Source: an uncultured Bifidobacterium sp. (GTDB lineage Bacteria; Bacteroidota; Bacteroidia; UKL13-3). From it: a DNA stretch of 64,000 bases. The notes below the pieces were generated by a model, which was given only the letters and a program-made list of their open reading frames with translations, was not told the DNA's origin and searched no databases. A program made the position numbers and the translations under genes. The stretch is from assembly GCA_964442045.1 (NCBI GenBank), contig CAYTWI010000003.1, forward strand, positions 2,632-66,631, written 5' to 3'. Below are positions 36,245 to 45,956 of the stretch, piece by piece; positions within the stretch are counted from its first letter, which is position 1; every line of letters starts with the position of its first letter.

Positions 36245-36254
36245 ATATAAAAGG

Positions 36255-37151
36255 ATGAGAATTTTAATAATAGGAAGTAAGGGATTTATCGGCCAGCATT
36301 GTGTTGATTACTTTAGTAAACAGGGCAATGAAGTACACAAAGCGGATGTAGTTGCAAGTGATGACACTAATTACATATGCCTTACTGCTATCCATACAGA
36401 TTTTGATCAATTGTTTATTAACCAGCACTTCGATTTTTGTATTAATGCATCTGGTTCAGCACATGTGGGTTTTTCATTTGAGAAGCCCTCAATTGATTTT
36501 GAGTTAAACGTATTAAATGTTCACAAACTTTTAGTTGCAATAAGAACATATAATCCAACATGTAAGTTTATTAATTTTTCAAGTGCTGCTGTATATGGAA
36601 ATCCTGAAAAACTACCCATTACAGAAACAGCTAACAGAAACCCTGTATCGCCTTACGGTTTTCATAAATTGCAAAGTGAGTATATATTAAAAGAGTATCA
36701 TCGTTTTTTTAATATAGCTACCTGCAATCTTCGAATTTTTTCAGCATATGGTCCGGGTTTGCGAAAACAATTATTTTGGGATTTATTTCAGAAATCACTG
36801 CAGCAAACACCCGTAAATTTATTTGGAACAGGTAATGAAACACGCGATTTTATATATATAGATGATTTATTGGAGGTGCTAAACTGCATTATACAAAAAG
36901 CACCGTTTGATGGAGAAAGTTATAATATTGGGTCAGGCATTCAAGTTAAAATAAGTGAAGCTGTATCTACTTTTTATAGTCATTTAAACGACCGGATACA
37001 ATATGGTTTTACAGGAGAACATAAAATTGGTGATCCGGATAATTGGGTGGCAGATATTAGTAAAATAAAGCAAATTGGATTTAGCCCTAAGTACAATATA
37101 AATAAGGGATTAGAGTTAACGGCAAATTGGTTGAAGAGTATTCATGAGTAA
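36255..37151 (+). CDS. NAD-dependent sugar epimerase/dehydratase
   Basis: 298 aa with IIGSKGFIGQH Rossmann motif, catalytic YGFHK (YxxxK), and the RDFIYIDD motif. Confidence 0.85.
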   Translation: MRILIIGSKGFIGQHCVDYFSKQGNEVHKADVVASDDTNYICLTAIHTDFDQLFINQHFDFCINASGSAHVGFSFEKPSIDFELNVLNVHKLLVAIRTYNPTCKFINFSSAAVYGNPEKLPITETANRNPVSPYGFHKLQSEYILKEYHRFFNIATCNLRIFSAYGPGLRKQLFWDLFQKSLQQTPVNLFGTGNETRDFIYIDDLLEVLNCIIQKAPFDGESYNIGSGIQVKISEAVSTFYSHLNDRIQYGFTGEHKIGDPDNWVADISKIKQIGFSPKYNINKGLELTANWLKSIHE

Positions 37152-38307
37152 GAAAAAAATACATATTTGTTTTAATGTAATATCAGACCCCAATTGGCAT
37201 GCAGGCAATATTTATATTTTTAATTGTATACATGCCTTGACTTTGCTTTCAGATAAAGAGCGTGAACAGATAATAGTTTCATTAGCTACACGTAATAAGA
37301 AGGATATACCTAAAGATATTTTATTAAAGGTTGACCACATTTTTATAGAAAGTATTTTTCATATAGTATTTTATAAATTATTGAAAATTAGTCCCGCTTG
37401 GTTAAGGTGGAAATGGTTGAATTTTAAAAAAATAGACTTTTATTATCCAGGAGGTAATTTACCAAAGCAATGGATTTTTAAGTGGGGTGGATGGATACCC
37501 GATTTTCAATATAGGTATTTACCACATTTATTTTCACCGCAAGAATTAGCAACAAGAGAAGGCCGTAGCTTACATGCAGCAAAACAAGCACCCATTATAG
37601 CATTTAGTAGTGAATGTGCGCTTAATGATTATAAGAAATTTTTTCCCGATTATACAGGTAACGAGTTTTTATTGCGTTTTGTTAGCAATGCTAATAAAGA
37701 GTGGCTACAATTAAATCCTGTTGAAACGCAGGAAAAATATAATTTACCGGATAAGTTTTTTATTGTATGTAATCAATTTTGGAAACATAAAGACCATGAG
37801 ACGGTAATAAAAGCATTGTCAATACTAAAACAAAGCGGAGTTCGTATATGTGTTGTTTGTACCGGTGCAACGGAAGATTTTCGTAATCCTGATTATTATC
37901 CATCCTTAATTACAAAAGCCAAAGAACTTAATGTTGAAGATGAGTTTAAAGTTGTAGGATTTATTTCACGGCAAGATCAGATACAATTAATAAGGCGTTC
38001 AATGGCCATTATTCAACCCAGTTTATTTGAAGGTTGGAGCACTGTAGTTGAAGATGGTCGCTCATTAGGGAAAACAATTTTTTTAAGTGATTTTCCTGTA
38101 CATATAGAACAGAACCCACCTTATACCTATTATTTCGAACAGAAAAATGCAGAACAATTAGCCAGTTTGATTAATAAACACCTTACTGAATTATCACCCG
38201 GGCCAAATAAACAAAAAGAAGAAAAAGCATTTATTGAAAACCAGGAATTGATGAGAAACTTTGGACGAAAATTAATTGAAATGGCGAGAGTTTGTTTAAA
38301 CAAATAG
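37144..38307 (+). CDS. Glycosyltransferase, GT-B fold (group 1 / GT4-like)
   Basis: 387 aa with C-terminal EGWSTVVEDG (E-x7-E type). It overlaps the epimerase gene by 8 bp. Confidence 0.7.
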   Translation: MSKKKIHICFNVISDPNWHAGNIYIFNCIHALTLLSDKEREQIIVSLATRNKKDIPKDILLKVDHIFIESIFHIVFYKLLKISPAWLRWKWLNFKKIDFYYPGGNLPKQWIFKWGGWIPDFQYRYLPHLFSPQELATREGRSLHAAKQAPIIAFSSECALNDYKKFFPDYTGNEFLLRFVSNANKEWLQLNPVETQEKYNLPDKFFIVCNQFWKHKDHETVIKALSILKQSGVRICVVCTGATEDFRNPDYYPSLITKAKELNVEDEFKVVGFISRQDQIQLIRRSMAIIQPSLFEGWSTVVEDGRSLGKTIFLSDFPVHIEQNPPYTYYFEQKNAEQLASLINKHLTELSPGPNKQKEEKAFIENQELMRNFGRKLIEMARVCLNK

Positions 38308-38310
38308 TAT

Positions 38311-39195
38311 TTATTTTCTAAAAAGTCGGTTTAAAAAACTAATTTTTTTCGCATTATACTTTGTATTAAAAGTATAATCATCAGCTATCTTATCACTATA
38401 AATAAAACTTGGATGTATTATTTCAGTAATAGCATCAAGTTTAATATTTGATAAACCTTCTATTTCTACCAATGTATTTGTTCCACCACCAAATCCAATA
38501 TTAGTAACTAAGTTTTTATTAGGAATTATTGTTAACCCATTTTGGGTCCATTGATTCAACATTGTTTGATAGTCCCAGGTATTTTTTATACCGGTTTTTA
38601 TTTCATTAAAATATTTTAGCCAAAATTTGAGTTCTTTTTTTGAAAGCGTATTTTCAAAAACCCTTAAACGTAATGCCTTATCTAATTGTTCCATATCAAC
38701 ATTATAGGTAAGCCAAGCTCTTTTCCAAGTTGCCCAACCCCAAATATGGTTATACTTTGAAAAATAATATGTTCCATCACCTCTAACGATTCCATCTTGA
38801 AAGTTATTCCCGGAAATATGCATAATCCGGGTATCGTGGTTATAATATTCTAATAAGGCACTACAAAACGTAAAAAAACTTAAGTCCGGCAAACAATCAT
38901 CTTCAAGTATTATTCCTTGTTCTTCATTGTCAAAAAACCAATTGATAGCAGAACTAATAGCTATTTTGCACCCCAAATTATGTTCTCTAAAAAGAGTTTT
39001 AACATTGCAATGCCAATCTACTTGTTCAATAATAGCTCTGGTTTGTTCACAAAGCTTGTCTTCTCCAACTTTGTCTTTTCTGGCTCCATCAGCAGCAATA
39101 TATAACTTAGAGGGCTTAGCTTTACGAATAACATCAAAAACAAGCTGTGTTGTTTGAGGTCTGTTAAATATTAAGAATAATATAGGTGTATCCAT
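38311..39195 (-). CDS. Putative nucleotide-diphospho-sugar (GT-A-like) glycosyltransferase
   Basis: 294 aa with an N-terminal beta-alpha pattern (ILFLIFNRP...LYIAADG) and acidic motif ILEDDCLP. Confidence 0.5.
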   Translation of the reverse strand: MDTPILFLIFNRPQTTQLVFDVIRKAKPSKLYIAADGARKDKVGEDKLCEQTRAIIEQVDWHCNVKTLFREHNLGCKIAISSAINWFFDNEEQGIILEDDCLPDLSFFTFCSALLEYYNHDTRIMHISGNNFQDGIVRGDGTYYFSKYNHIWGWATWKRAWLTYNVDMEQLDKALRLRVFENTLSKKELKFWLKYFNEIKTGIKNTWDYQTMLNQWTQNGLTIIPNKNLVTNIGFGGGTNTLVEIEGLSNIKLDAITEIIHPSFIYSDKIADDYTFNTKYNAKKISFLNRLFRK

Positions 39196-39247
39196 TATTT
39201 ACCATTACGAAAGTAGCATATTTCTTTCTTTTTCGTTTAGCTAAAAT

Positions 39248-40573
39248 ATGTTTCTTTGTAGCCTCATTAAAAATATGTCAACTCAAAACGCAGCTAAAAA
39301 ATACGTATTAAATACTACGTGGATTTTAATTGAGAAGCTATCAAGAATTGTATCCGGCATATTAGTAGGTATATTAGTAGCAAGATATTTAGGCCCTGAG
39401 CAGTTTGGTATGATTAGTTACGCCCTAAACGTAATAGCTATTTTTACCGTTTTCTCTTCTTTAGGCATGGATAGTATTATCGTCAGAGAGTTAATTACCC
39501 GGAAAGATAAACAGAATACTATTTTAGGAACAAGTTTTTGGCTTCGTTTTGTTGGCGCCATAGCAGTGGTAATTGCTGCAACTTATTATTCCTCCATAAG
39601 AGATAATGCACAAAATACATATATCGTTTTCTTAGTAAGTACATCTGTTATTTTTCAGGCTTTTACTGTTATTGATTTTTATTTTCAGTCATCTGTTTTA
39701 GGAAAGTATAGTGCTATTACACAGGTAATTACTTTAGTGACGTCATCTATAGTTAAAATAGTTTTGATTTATGTAGGTGCAAGGGTTGAGTATTTTGCAG
39801 CAATGGTATTATTGGAGGCTATATTGACTGTTGTGAACCAGTTGTGGTTTTATAGTAAAAACCAACAAAATGTTTTTCTATGGAAATTTTCCTGGGGCGA
39901 GGTTAAAGAGCTGTTGGGGCATTCTTGGCCAAATATTGTTTCAGGCTTGGTTATGACTGTATACCAGAAAATGGATCAAATATTGGTTAAACGATTTTTA
40001 GATTTAAATATATTAGGGAATTATGCGGCTGCAGTCAGAATTAGTGAGGCTTCTTCCTTTATTCCTGTGGCTGTTTGTGCAGCTATTTTACCAGGTATTG
40101 TAAAAAACAGAGAGAATAAAGAACTTCAATTAAAAAGGTTAACACAGCTATATTCATTAATGCTTTGGACTGCGCTAATATTTTGTGTTGGAGGCTTATT
40201 GTTTGGCGATTTAGTAATTAATTTTTTATACAAAGAGAAATATTATATGGCCGCAGCTATATTTAAAATCCATATCTGGAATTCAATACCAGTTTTCTAT
40301 GGTACAGCTTGGTCTATGTGGATGCTGGCAGAAAATAAACAGCGGTACATTATTATGGTGCAGTTTTTTTCTATGGGGGTGGCTTTAATCTTAAACTTGA
40401 ACCTAATACCAATTTATGGCGCAAAGGGAGCAGCAGCAGCGTTAATTACTACAAACTTTATTGGTATGCTTTTCACGCTTACTTTTTATAAGCCAAAAAC
40501 ATCATGGAGTCTATTTCTAAAGGCCTTTAATCCCAAGAACCTTTTAGAAATAATTAAATACGTTAAAAGCTAA
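39248..40573 (+). CDS. Wzx-type oligosaccharide flippase (MOP superfamily)
   Basis: 441 aa with about 12 transmembrane helices. An alternative ATG lies at 39275 (MSTQNAAKKY...). Confidence 0.8.
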   Translation: MFLCSLIKNMSTQNAAKKYVLNTTWILIEKLSRIVSGILVGILVARYLGPEQFGMISYALNVIAIFTVFSSLGMDSIIVRELITRKDKQNTILGTSFWLRFVGAIAVVIAATYYSSIRDNAQNTYIVFLVSTSVIFQAFTVIDFYFQSSVLGKYSAITQVITLVTSSIVKIVLIYVGARVEYFAAMVLLEAILTVVNQLWFYSKNQQNVFLWKFSWGEVKELLGHSWPNIVSGLVMTVYQKMDQILVKRFLDLNILGNYAAAVRISEASSFIPVAVCAAILPGIVKNRENKELQLKRLTQLYSLMLWTALIFCVGGLLFGDLVINFLYKEKYYMAAAIFKIHIWNSIPVFYGTAWSMWMLAENKQRYIIMVQFFSMGVALILNLNLIPIYGAKGAAAALITTNFIGMLFTLTFYKPKTSWSLFLKAFNPKNLLEIIKYVKS

Positions 40574-40580
40574 AGGTTTC

Positions 40581-41777
40581 CTAAACTTTTTCAAATATAA
40601 GGGCAACACCTTGTCCCACGCCAATGCACATAGTAGCTAATCCATATTTTGCGTTTTGTTTTTGCATTTGGTGAATCAGCGTAGTTGAAATACGTGCACC
40701 ACTGGCACCAAGCGGGTGTCCTATTGCTATAGCTCCACCGTTTACATTAACAATTTCCGGATTTATATTTAAATCTCTCATGCAAGCCAATCCTTGCGAA
40801 GCAAAAGCTTCATTCAATTCAACCAGACCAATATCGTTTATGCTTAAGCCAGCACGTTTAAGTGCTTTTTGAGTAGCGGGGATAGGCCCAACTCCCATAA
40901 TAGATGGATGTACACCCGCAATCCCCCTGCTTACTAATCTGGCTAATGGTTTTAAGTTATATTTTTTTACAGCGTCTTCACTTGCCAAAATTAATGCAGC
41001 AGCACCATCATTTATACCCGATGAATTACCGGCCGTTACTGAGCCGTCTTTTTTGAAAGCAGGTTTTAATTTAGCTAATTCATCCATCGAACTTAAGCGG
41101 GGATGTTCATCCTTTTCAAAACGAATACTATCTCCTTTTTTTTGTGGCACTAACACGGGAACTATTTCATTGGCAAATATGTTTGCATTATGCGCTGCCT
41201 GGTATTTTTGTTGAGAGTCCCTTGCAAATTCATCTTGTTCTTCACGGGAAATTTTCCATTGTTCAGCAACATTTTCAGCAGTTTCACCCATAGAAAAAGG
41301 ATAGTACAAGTTAGATAATGCTTTGTTGGTAAAGCGCCAACCTATAGTAGTATCATAAATTTCAGGCACCCTGCTAAATGCAGTTTCTGCTTTTGCCATT
41401 ACAAAAGGGGCGCGAGTCATACTTTCCGTTCCACCTGCAATGTATATATCTCCATCTCCACAAGCAATTGCTCTGCTGGCATCAGCAATGCTTTGTAAAC
41501 CCGAAGCACATAAACGATTTACCGTATTACCTCCCACAGTAATCGGCAAGCCCGCCAGTAAAGCACTCATCCGGGCTACATTTCTATTGTCTTCTCCTGC
41601 CTGATTAGCTGCGCCAAAAATAACATCTTCAATGTCGTTTATATCAATAGTAGGGTTCCGTTCAACCAACGCTTTAATGACAATAGCACCCAAATCATCA
41701 GGTCTGATAGTACTTAAAGCCCCTCCAAATTTTCCTACCGGTGTGCGAACAGCATCTATAATAAAAACGTCTTTCAT
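40581..41777 (-). CDS. Acetyl-CoA C-acyl/acetyltransferase (thiolase)
   Basis: 398 aa with active-site NRLCASGLQS, GHPLGASGARI and CIGVGQG. Confidence 0.9.
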   Translation of the reverse strand: MKDVFIIDAVRTPVGKFGGALSTIRPDDLGAIVIKALVERNPTIDINDIEDVIFGAANQAGEDNRNVARMSALLAGLPITVGGNTVNRLCASGLQSIADASRAIACGDGDIYIAGGTESMTRAPFVMAKAETAFSRVPEIYDTTIGWRFTNKALSNLYYPFSMGETAENVAEQWKISREEQDEFARDSQQKYQAAHNANIFANEIVPVLVPQKKGDSIRFEKDEHPRLSSMDELAKLKPAFKKDGSVTAGNSSGINDGAAALILASEDAVKKYNLKPLARLVSRGIAGVHPSIMGVGPIPATQKALKRAGLSINDIGLVELNEAFASQGLACMRDLNINPEIVNVNGGAIAIGHPLGASGARISTTLIHQMQKQNAKYGLATMCIGVGQGVALIFEKV

Positions 41778-41869
41778 GTTATAAATTTTATGGTGTGCAA
41801 ATCTAATAGTACTTTTGATTATATCAATTACAATAAAGATTTATAAATTGCCCCACAAAAAGAATTAAT

Positions 41870-42391
41870 ATGATACAGCGTATTCAAACCGTTTATTTAA
41901 TAGCCATTATAATTTTAGTTTCAATTATGTGCACTGGTAGTCTCTTATCTATGAAGCAACAGAATGCCACCAATGGTATAGATGAATATGACTTAAATAT
42001 TTTTCATTTTAAACATACTGAAGTACAGAATGCTCTTATTGATGGAAAACAAACCCAAACCAGCATAATAAAAGTAGTATCTGTTCAATATGGGCTGATA
42101 GCCATTGCAGCCATACTAATAGGCTTAACTTTAACCATTATATTTTCATTTAAAAACAGGGAAAAACAAATTAAGCTAACAAGGCTAAATTTTTTGGTGA
42201 TGAGTATGCTTTATGCAGCTCTATTTGCAAAAGCTATTAATTATATGCCTGGCTTTGAGTTTAGTAAACTAATGCCTTATTCCAGTGTAGGTGTTATATT
42301 GATGATTTTTAATTTATACCTTAATTGGCGTGTATTACGTTTAATTAAAAAAGATGACGAGTTGGTTAAAAGCGCTGATAGGATTCGTTAA
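41870..42391 (+). CDS. DUF4293-like membrane protein
   Basis: 173 aa starting MIQRIQTVYLIAIIIL, with 4 transmembrane helices. Confidence 0.55.
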   Translation: MIQRIQTVYLIAIIILVSIMCTGSLLSMKQQNATNGIDEYDLNIFHFKHTEVQNALIDGKQTQTSIIKVVSVQYGLIAIAAILIGLTLTIIFSFKNREKQIKLTRLNFLVMSMLYAALFAKAINYMPGFEFSKLMPYSSVGVILMIFNLYLNWRVLRLIKKDDELVKSADRIR

Positions 42392-42463
42392 TGCATAACC
42401 AATAAAACATTAACTAAATTTTGCATAATCGACTATAAGTCTTTAATTGCTTAAAATTTTGTT

Positions 42464-45400
42464 ATGCCTAAAAATAGAATACTTCAAAACATACTTATCT
42501 TTTTGTTGTCAAGCATTGCTTGTTCTTCTTTAAAAAGCCAGATTAACAACGCTTCATTTGCATCTAAAGTCGATTTTAGCATTGGGACTAATACTTCAAC
42601 TGGTTTAGGAACAATAGCAGATTTAAATAATGATAACAAGCCAGAAGTTCTTGTTACCTACAACAGTAATTCTACAACAGGTCAAATAGCAATTTTTAGC
42701 AACAGTGCCTCTCAGGGAGTTATTAATTCAAGTAGTTTTTCCTCTGTTGTTACATTGCCTGCCTTAAATAATGTTTTACAGTTAGATGCAGGAGATTTGG
42801 ATGGTGATGGTAAAGCGGATATTGTAGCATCTCCATTTACTACTACAAATGTTGCAAGTAGTTTTTCTATATATCGGAATACTTCTGTAGGAAGTACCAT
42901 TTCTTTCACAGCTCCAACACACATTAGTGTACCAAGTTGCACAAGTCCTGTGAAGCTAAAAGATATTGATGGTGACGGAAAGGCGGATTTAATAGCAGGC
43001 TTTTGGTACCTAGGGCAAATAAGAATTTACAGAAACACTTCGATTTTAGGTAACATTTCTTTTGACATCAGTGGGTGCACCATAATAAATGTAGGTCTCC
43101 AGCCTAACTCATTATCATGTAATGATTTTAGTGGCGATGGGATAACAGATATTGCAATTTGCAATTATGCAAGCAATAGTATAATGATTTTTAAAAATAT
43201 ATCAACTGTTGGTACAGTTACTTTTTCAACACCGGGTGTCACAGTTTCAACAGGTAGTTTACCATCTCGTATTATTGCTGCTGATATGGATAATGATACT
43301 AAAATGGATTTAGTAGTTTCCAATTATAATTCAAGTAATATTGGTATATATAAAAACACGTGTTCATTAAATAATTTGAGTTTTTCTACTGCTACTACAT
43401 TTTCTTCATTGGCAAATCCTTTGCAAGCAGCATGTGCAGATTTGGATGCTGATGGAAGACAAGATATAGTTGTTGGTTATGAATCATCTAGTTCCATTTC
43501 AATATGGAGAAATTTTGGCTTAAATTCGATTATTAATACCAATACTTTAGGTAATCGAAAAGAGTTTACAAGTGGTGGAACTGTAACAGAATCCTATGTG
43601 GCAGATATTGATTCAGACGGTAAACCCGATATTATAATGGTAAATAGAAGTAATGGAACCATTTCTATTTTTAAAAATCAAACCAAACCTTCAAACGGTC
43701 TAGTTGCCTATTATCCGTTTACCGGTAATGCCGGTGATAGTAGTGGTTTTGAAAATCATGGTACACCAGGTGTTGGAGTTTCTTTAGCGAATAGTATGGA
43801 CAATACACCAAATACGGCTTATAACTTTAACGGTGTATCTACGTCAAAAATTAGTGCTTCAAGTAATCCTAGTTTAAATGTTAGTTTAATGAGTGGAGTA
43901 ACTTTTTCTTGCTGGATAAAACCGGTATCTTCTACCTTAACAAGAAGAATAATAAATTTACAAACAGGAACAACAACCTCTACAGCTGTAAACATTGATT
44001 TAGCCTTTAAAGATAACGGTACTATAGAAGTGAATAATTTCAACCTTGGAACATCAGCTTTTTCATTTAGTTCTAATGCATATGTGAGTACGTCAGCATG
44101 GTCTCATATTGTGTTAACTATAGATAGCCTTAAAAACGTGAAACTTTATATTAATGATTCTTTGGATTATTCATTTACCGCATCTGTTTTTGCTAAGCCA
44201 ATTTTACCAACATTAACTATTGGGAATCATTTAACGAATAGCTGGAACTATATTGGTCTTATGGATGAAGTAAGAATTTATAATAGAGCTCTTACAATGG
44301 CAGAAGTAGATGCACTATATAATTCAAAAAAGGCAAAAACGTATTATTCTAAGGCGTCTGGTTCTATTAATCTTTTATCTACTTGGGGTACTAATATAGA
44401 TGGAACAGGAACCTCACCATTAAGTTTCGATTCTAGCAATGTTACTTATAACGTAATAAATGGAAATACAAATTTAACCGGCAACTTAAATATTAATGGA
44501 GTAAACAGTAAGTTAGTATTTGGAGATGGTACTAATGCCTATAATTTTATCCTCGGTACAAATGATACCATATCAGCAGATTCTATATATGTTAATTCGA
44601 ACATAACAATAACTGCTAATGGAACCTTACAGACATTAAGGTTGGGTGCAGGAGCATCTTCAACTGTTCAATATGTGAAAACAGCTGTTCAATCAGTAGC
44701 AGGTGGGCAGTATGAAAATATTGTTATTAGCGGGTCAGTAAAAAATTTGACAGCAAACACAGTTGTTAGTGGAACGTTATTAATGTTAAACTCAATTGTT
44801 TGTAATGGATACGATTTAACTTTAGGTACAAGTATTAGTAATAAAGGCACGTTAAATAGAACTTCCGGTACTATAATTGGGAGATTTATTAGATGGTACT
44901 CTAATTCAACAAATTCAGGTACTTCAGGGTTATTTCCGATTGGTAACAGCACAAAATATGCACCAATGCAAATTGAGTTTACTGCTGCTCCAACTACTGG
45001 GGGGACAATTGGATGTGAGTTTATAGGATCAAACCCAGGTAATGTTGGTTTACCACAGTATGATTTTACCAATGGTGCCATTTTAATAGACAAGGCAGCT
45101 ATAAATGGTTTTTGGAGAGTAACAAGTTCAAGTATTACAGGCGGAAGTTTTACAGGTACTATTACCGCCAATAGCTTTACCAGTATTAATAGCTATGCAG
45201 ATTTACGTATGATTAGAAGAAGCAATGCAGGTAGTTGGATTTTGCAAGGAAATGCAAATGTTGGTACAGGGAGTAATGCTTCTGCTGTGGTAAGTAGAAC
45301 CGGATTAACAACTATTGCGGGAGAATATGGTATTGGAGGAGATGTATCTCAAAACCCATTACCTGTAAAACTTACCCTGTTTAATGCGGTATTATTGGCA

Positions 45401-45868
45401 AATAAGAATGTTCAGATAAAATGGCAAACAGCTATTGAGTTAAATGCAAATAAGTTTGTTATTCAACGCTCTACAGATAGGAAAAATTGGATAACGATCG
45501 ATCAAGTAAAAGCAAGTGGTAATTCTAATTCAATCATAAACTATGAATCAATAGATAATGTAACAAATTTATCAGGTCAGATATATTATCGTTTAATTGA
45601 AGTAGATTTAAACGGAGAAGAATATATGAGTGAAATTGTAGGTTTAAACATAGATAATTATGTACCTGTTGTTTTAAATATATACCCGAATCCATCTGCT
45701 GATAGAATAGAAGTAAAAGGGCTTACTTCGGTTTTAGGTATTTATGATTTAAGAGGAGTTTTGCTTATGCAGATAGATCACGATGGAATATTTGATATTT
45801 CTTCCTTAGAAAAAGGAGTTTATATTGTTTCTAATAGGGAGAATACAATTAAATTGATTAGAAATTAA
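42464..45868 (+). CDS. FG-GAP/VCBS-repeat plus LamG-like secreted protein with T9SS C-terminal sorting domain
   Basis: 1134 aa with six or more D.DGDGK.D(I/L) calcium-type repeats. A LamG-like block (LVAYYPF.GNA.D.SG..., MDEVRIYNRAL) follows. The C-terminus reads IYPNPSADRIEV...GVYIVSN...KLIRN. Confidence 0.85.
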   Translation: MPKNRILQNILIFLLSSIACSSLKSQINNASFASKVDFSIGTNTSTGLGTIADLNNDNKPEVLVTYNSNSTTGQIAIFSNSASQGVINSSSFSSVVTLPALNNVLQLDAGDLDGDGKADIVASPFTTTNVASSFSIYRNTSVGSTISFTAPTHISVPSCTSPVKLKDIDGDGKADLIAGFWYLGQIRIYRNTSILGNISFDISGCTIINVGLQPNSLSCNDFSGDGITDIAICNYASNSIMIFKNISTVGTVTFSTPGVTVSTGSLPSRIIAADMDNDTKMDLVVSNYNSSNIGIYKNTCSLNNLSFSTATTFSSLANPLQAACADLDADGRQDIVVGYESSSSISIWRNFGLNSIINTNTLGNRKEFTSGGTVTESYVADIDSDGKPDIIMVNRSNGTISIFKNQTKPSNGLVAYYPFTGNAGDSSGFENHGTPGVGVSLANSMDNTPNTAYNFNGVSTSKISASSNPSLNVSLMSGVTFSCWIKPVSSTLTRRIINLQTGTTTSTAVNIDLAFKDNGTIEVNNFNLGTSAFSFSSNAYVSTSAWSHIVLTIDSLKNVKLYINDSLDYSFTASVFAKPILPTLTIGNHLTNSWNYIGLMDEVRIYNRALTMAEVDALYNSKKAKTYYSKASGSINLLSTWGTNIDGTGTSPLSFDSSNVTYNVINGNTNLTGNLNINGVNSKLVFGDGTNAYNFILGTNDTISADSIYVNSNITITANGTLQTLRLGAGASSTVQYVKTAVQSVAGGQYENIVISGSVKNLTANTVVSGTLLMLNSIVCNGYDLTLGTSISNKGTLNRTSGTIIGRFIRWYSNSTNSGTSGLFPIGNSTKYAPMQIEFTAAPTTGGTIGCEFIGSNPGNVGLPQYDFTNGAILIDKAAINGFWRVTSSSITGGSFTGTITANSFTSINSYADLRMIRRSNAGSWILQGNANVGTGSNASAVVSRTGLTTIAGEYGIGGDVSQNPLPVKLTLFNAVLLANKNVQIKWQTAIELNANKFVIQRSTDRKNWITIDQVKASGNSNSIINYESIDNVTNLSGQIYYRLIEVDLNGEEYMSEIVGLNIDNYVPVVLNIYPNPSADRIEVKGLTSVLGIYDLRGVLLMQIDHDGIFDISSLEKGVYIVSNRENTIKLIRN

Positions 45869-45905
45869 GGCGAATAATTTTAATGCAAAGACATTGTTTA
45901 AAACA

Positions 45906-45940
45906 AAAAAGCCCTTGATAAATTTTATCAAGGGCTTTTT
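45906..45940. terminator. Bidirectional rho-independent terminator between convergent genes
   Basis: AAAAAGCCCTTGATAAA / TTTATCAAGGGCTTTTT. Confidence 0.8.
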
Positions 45941-45956
45941 AATAATTATTTAATCA

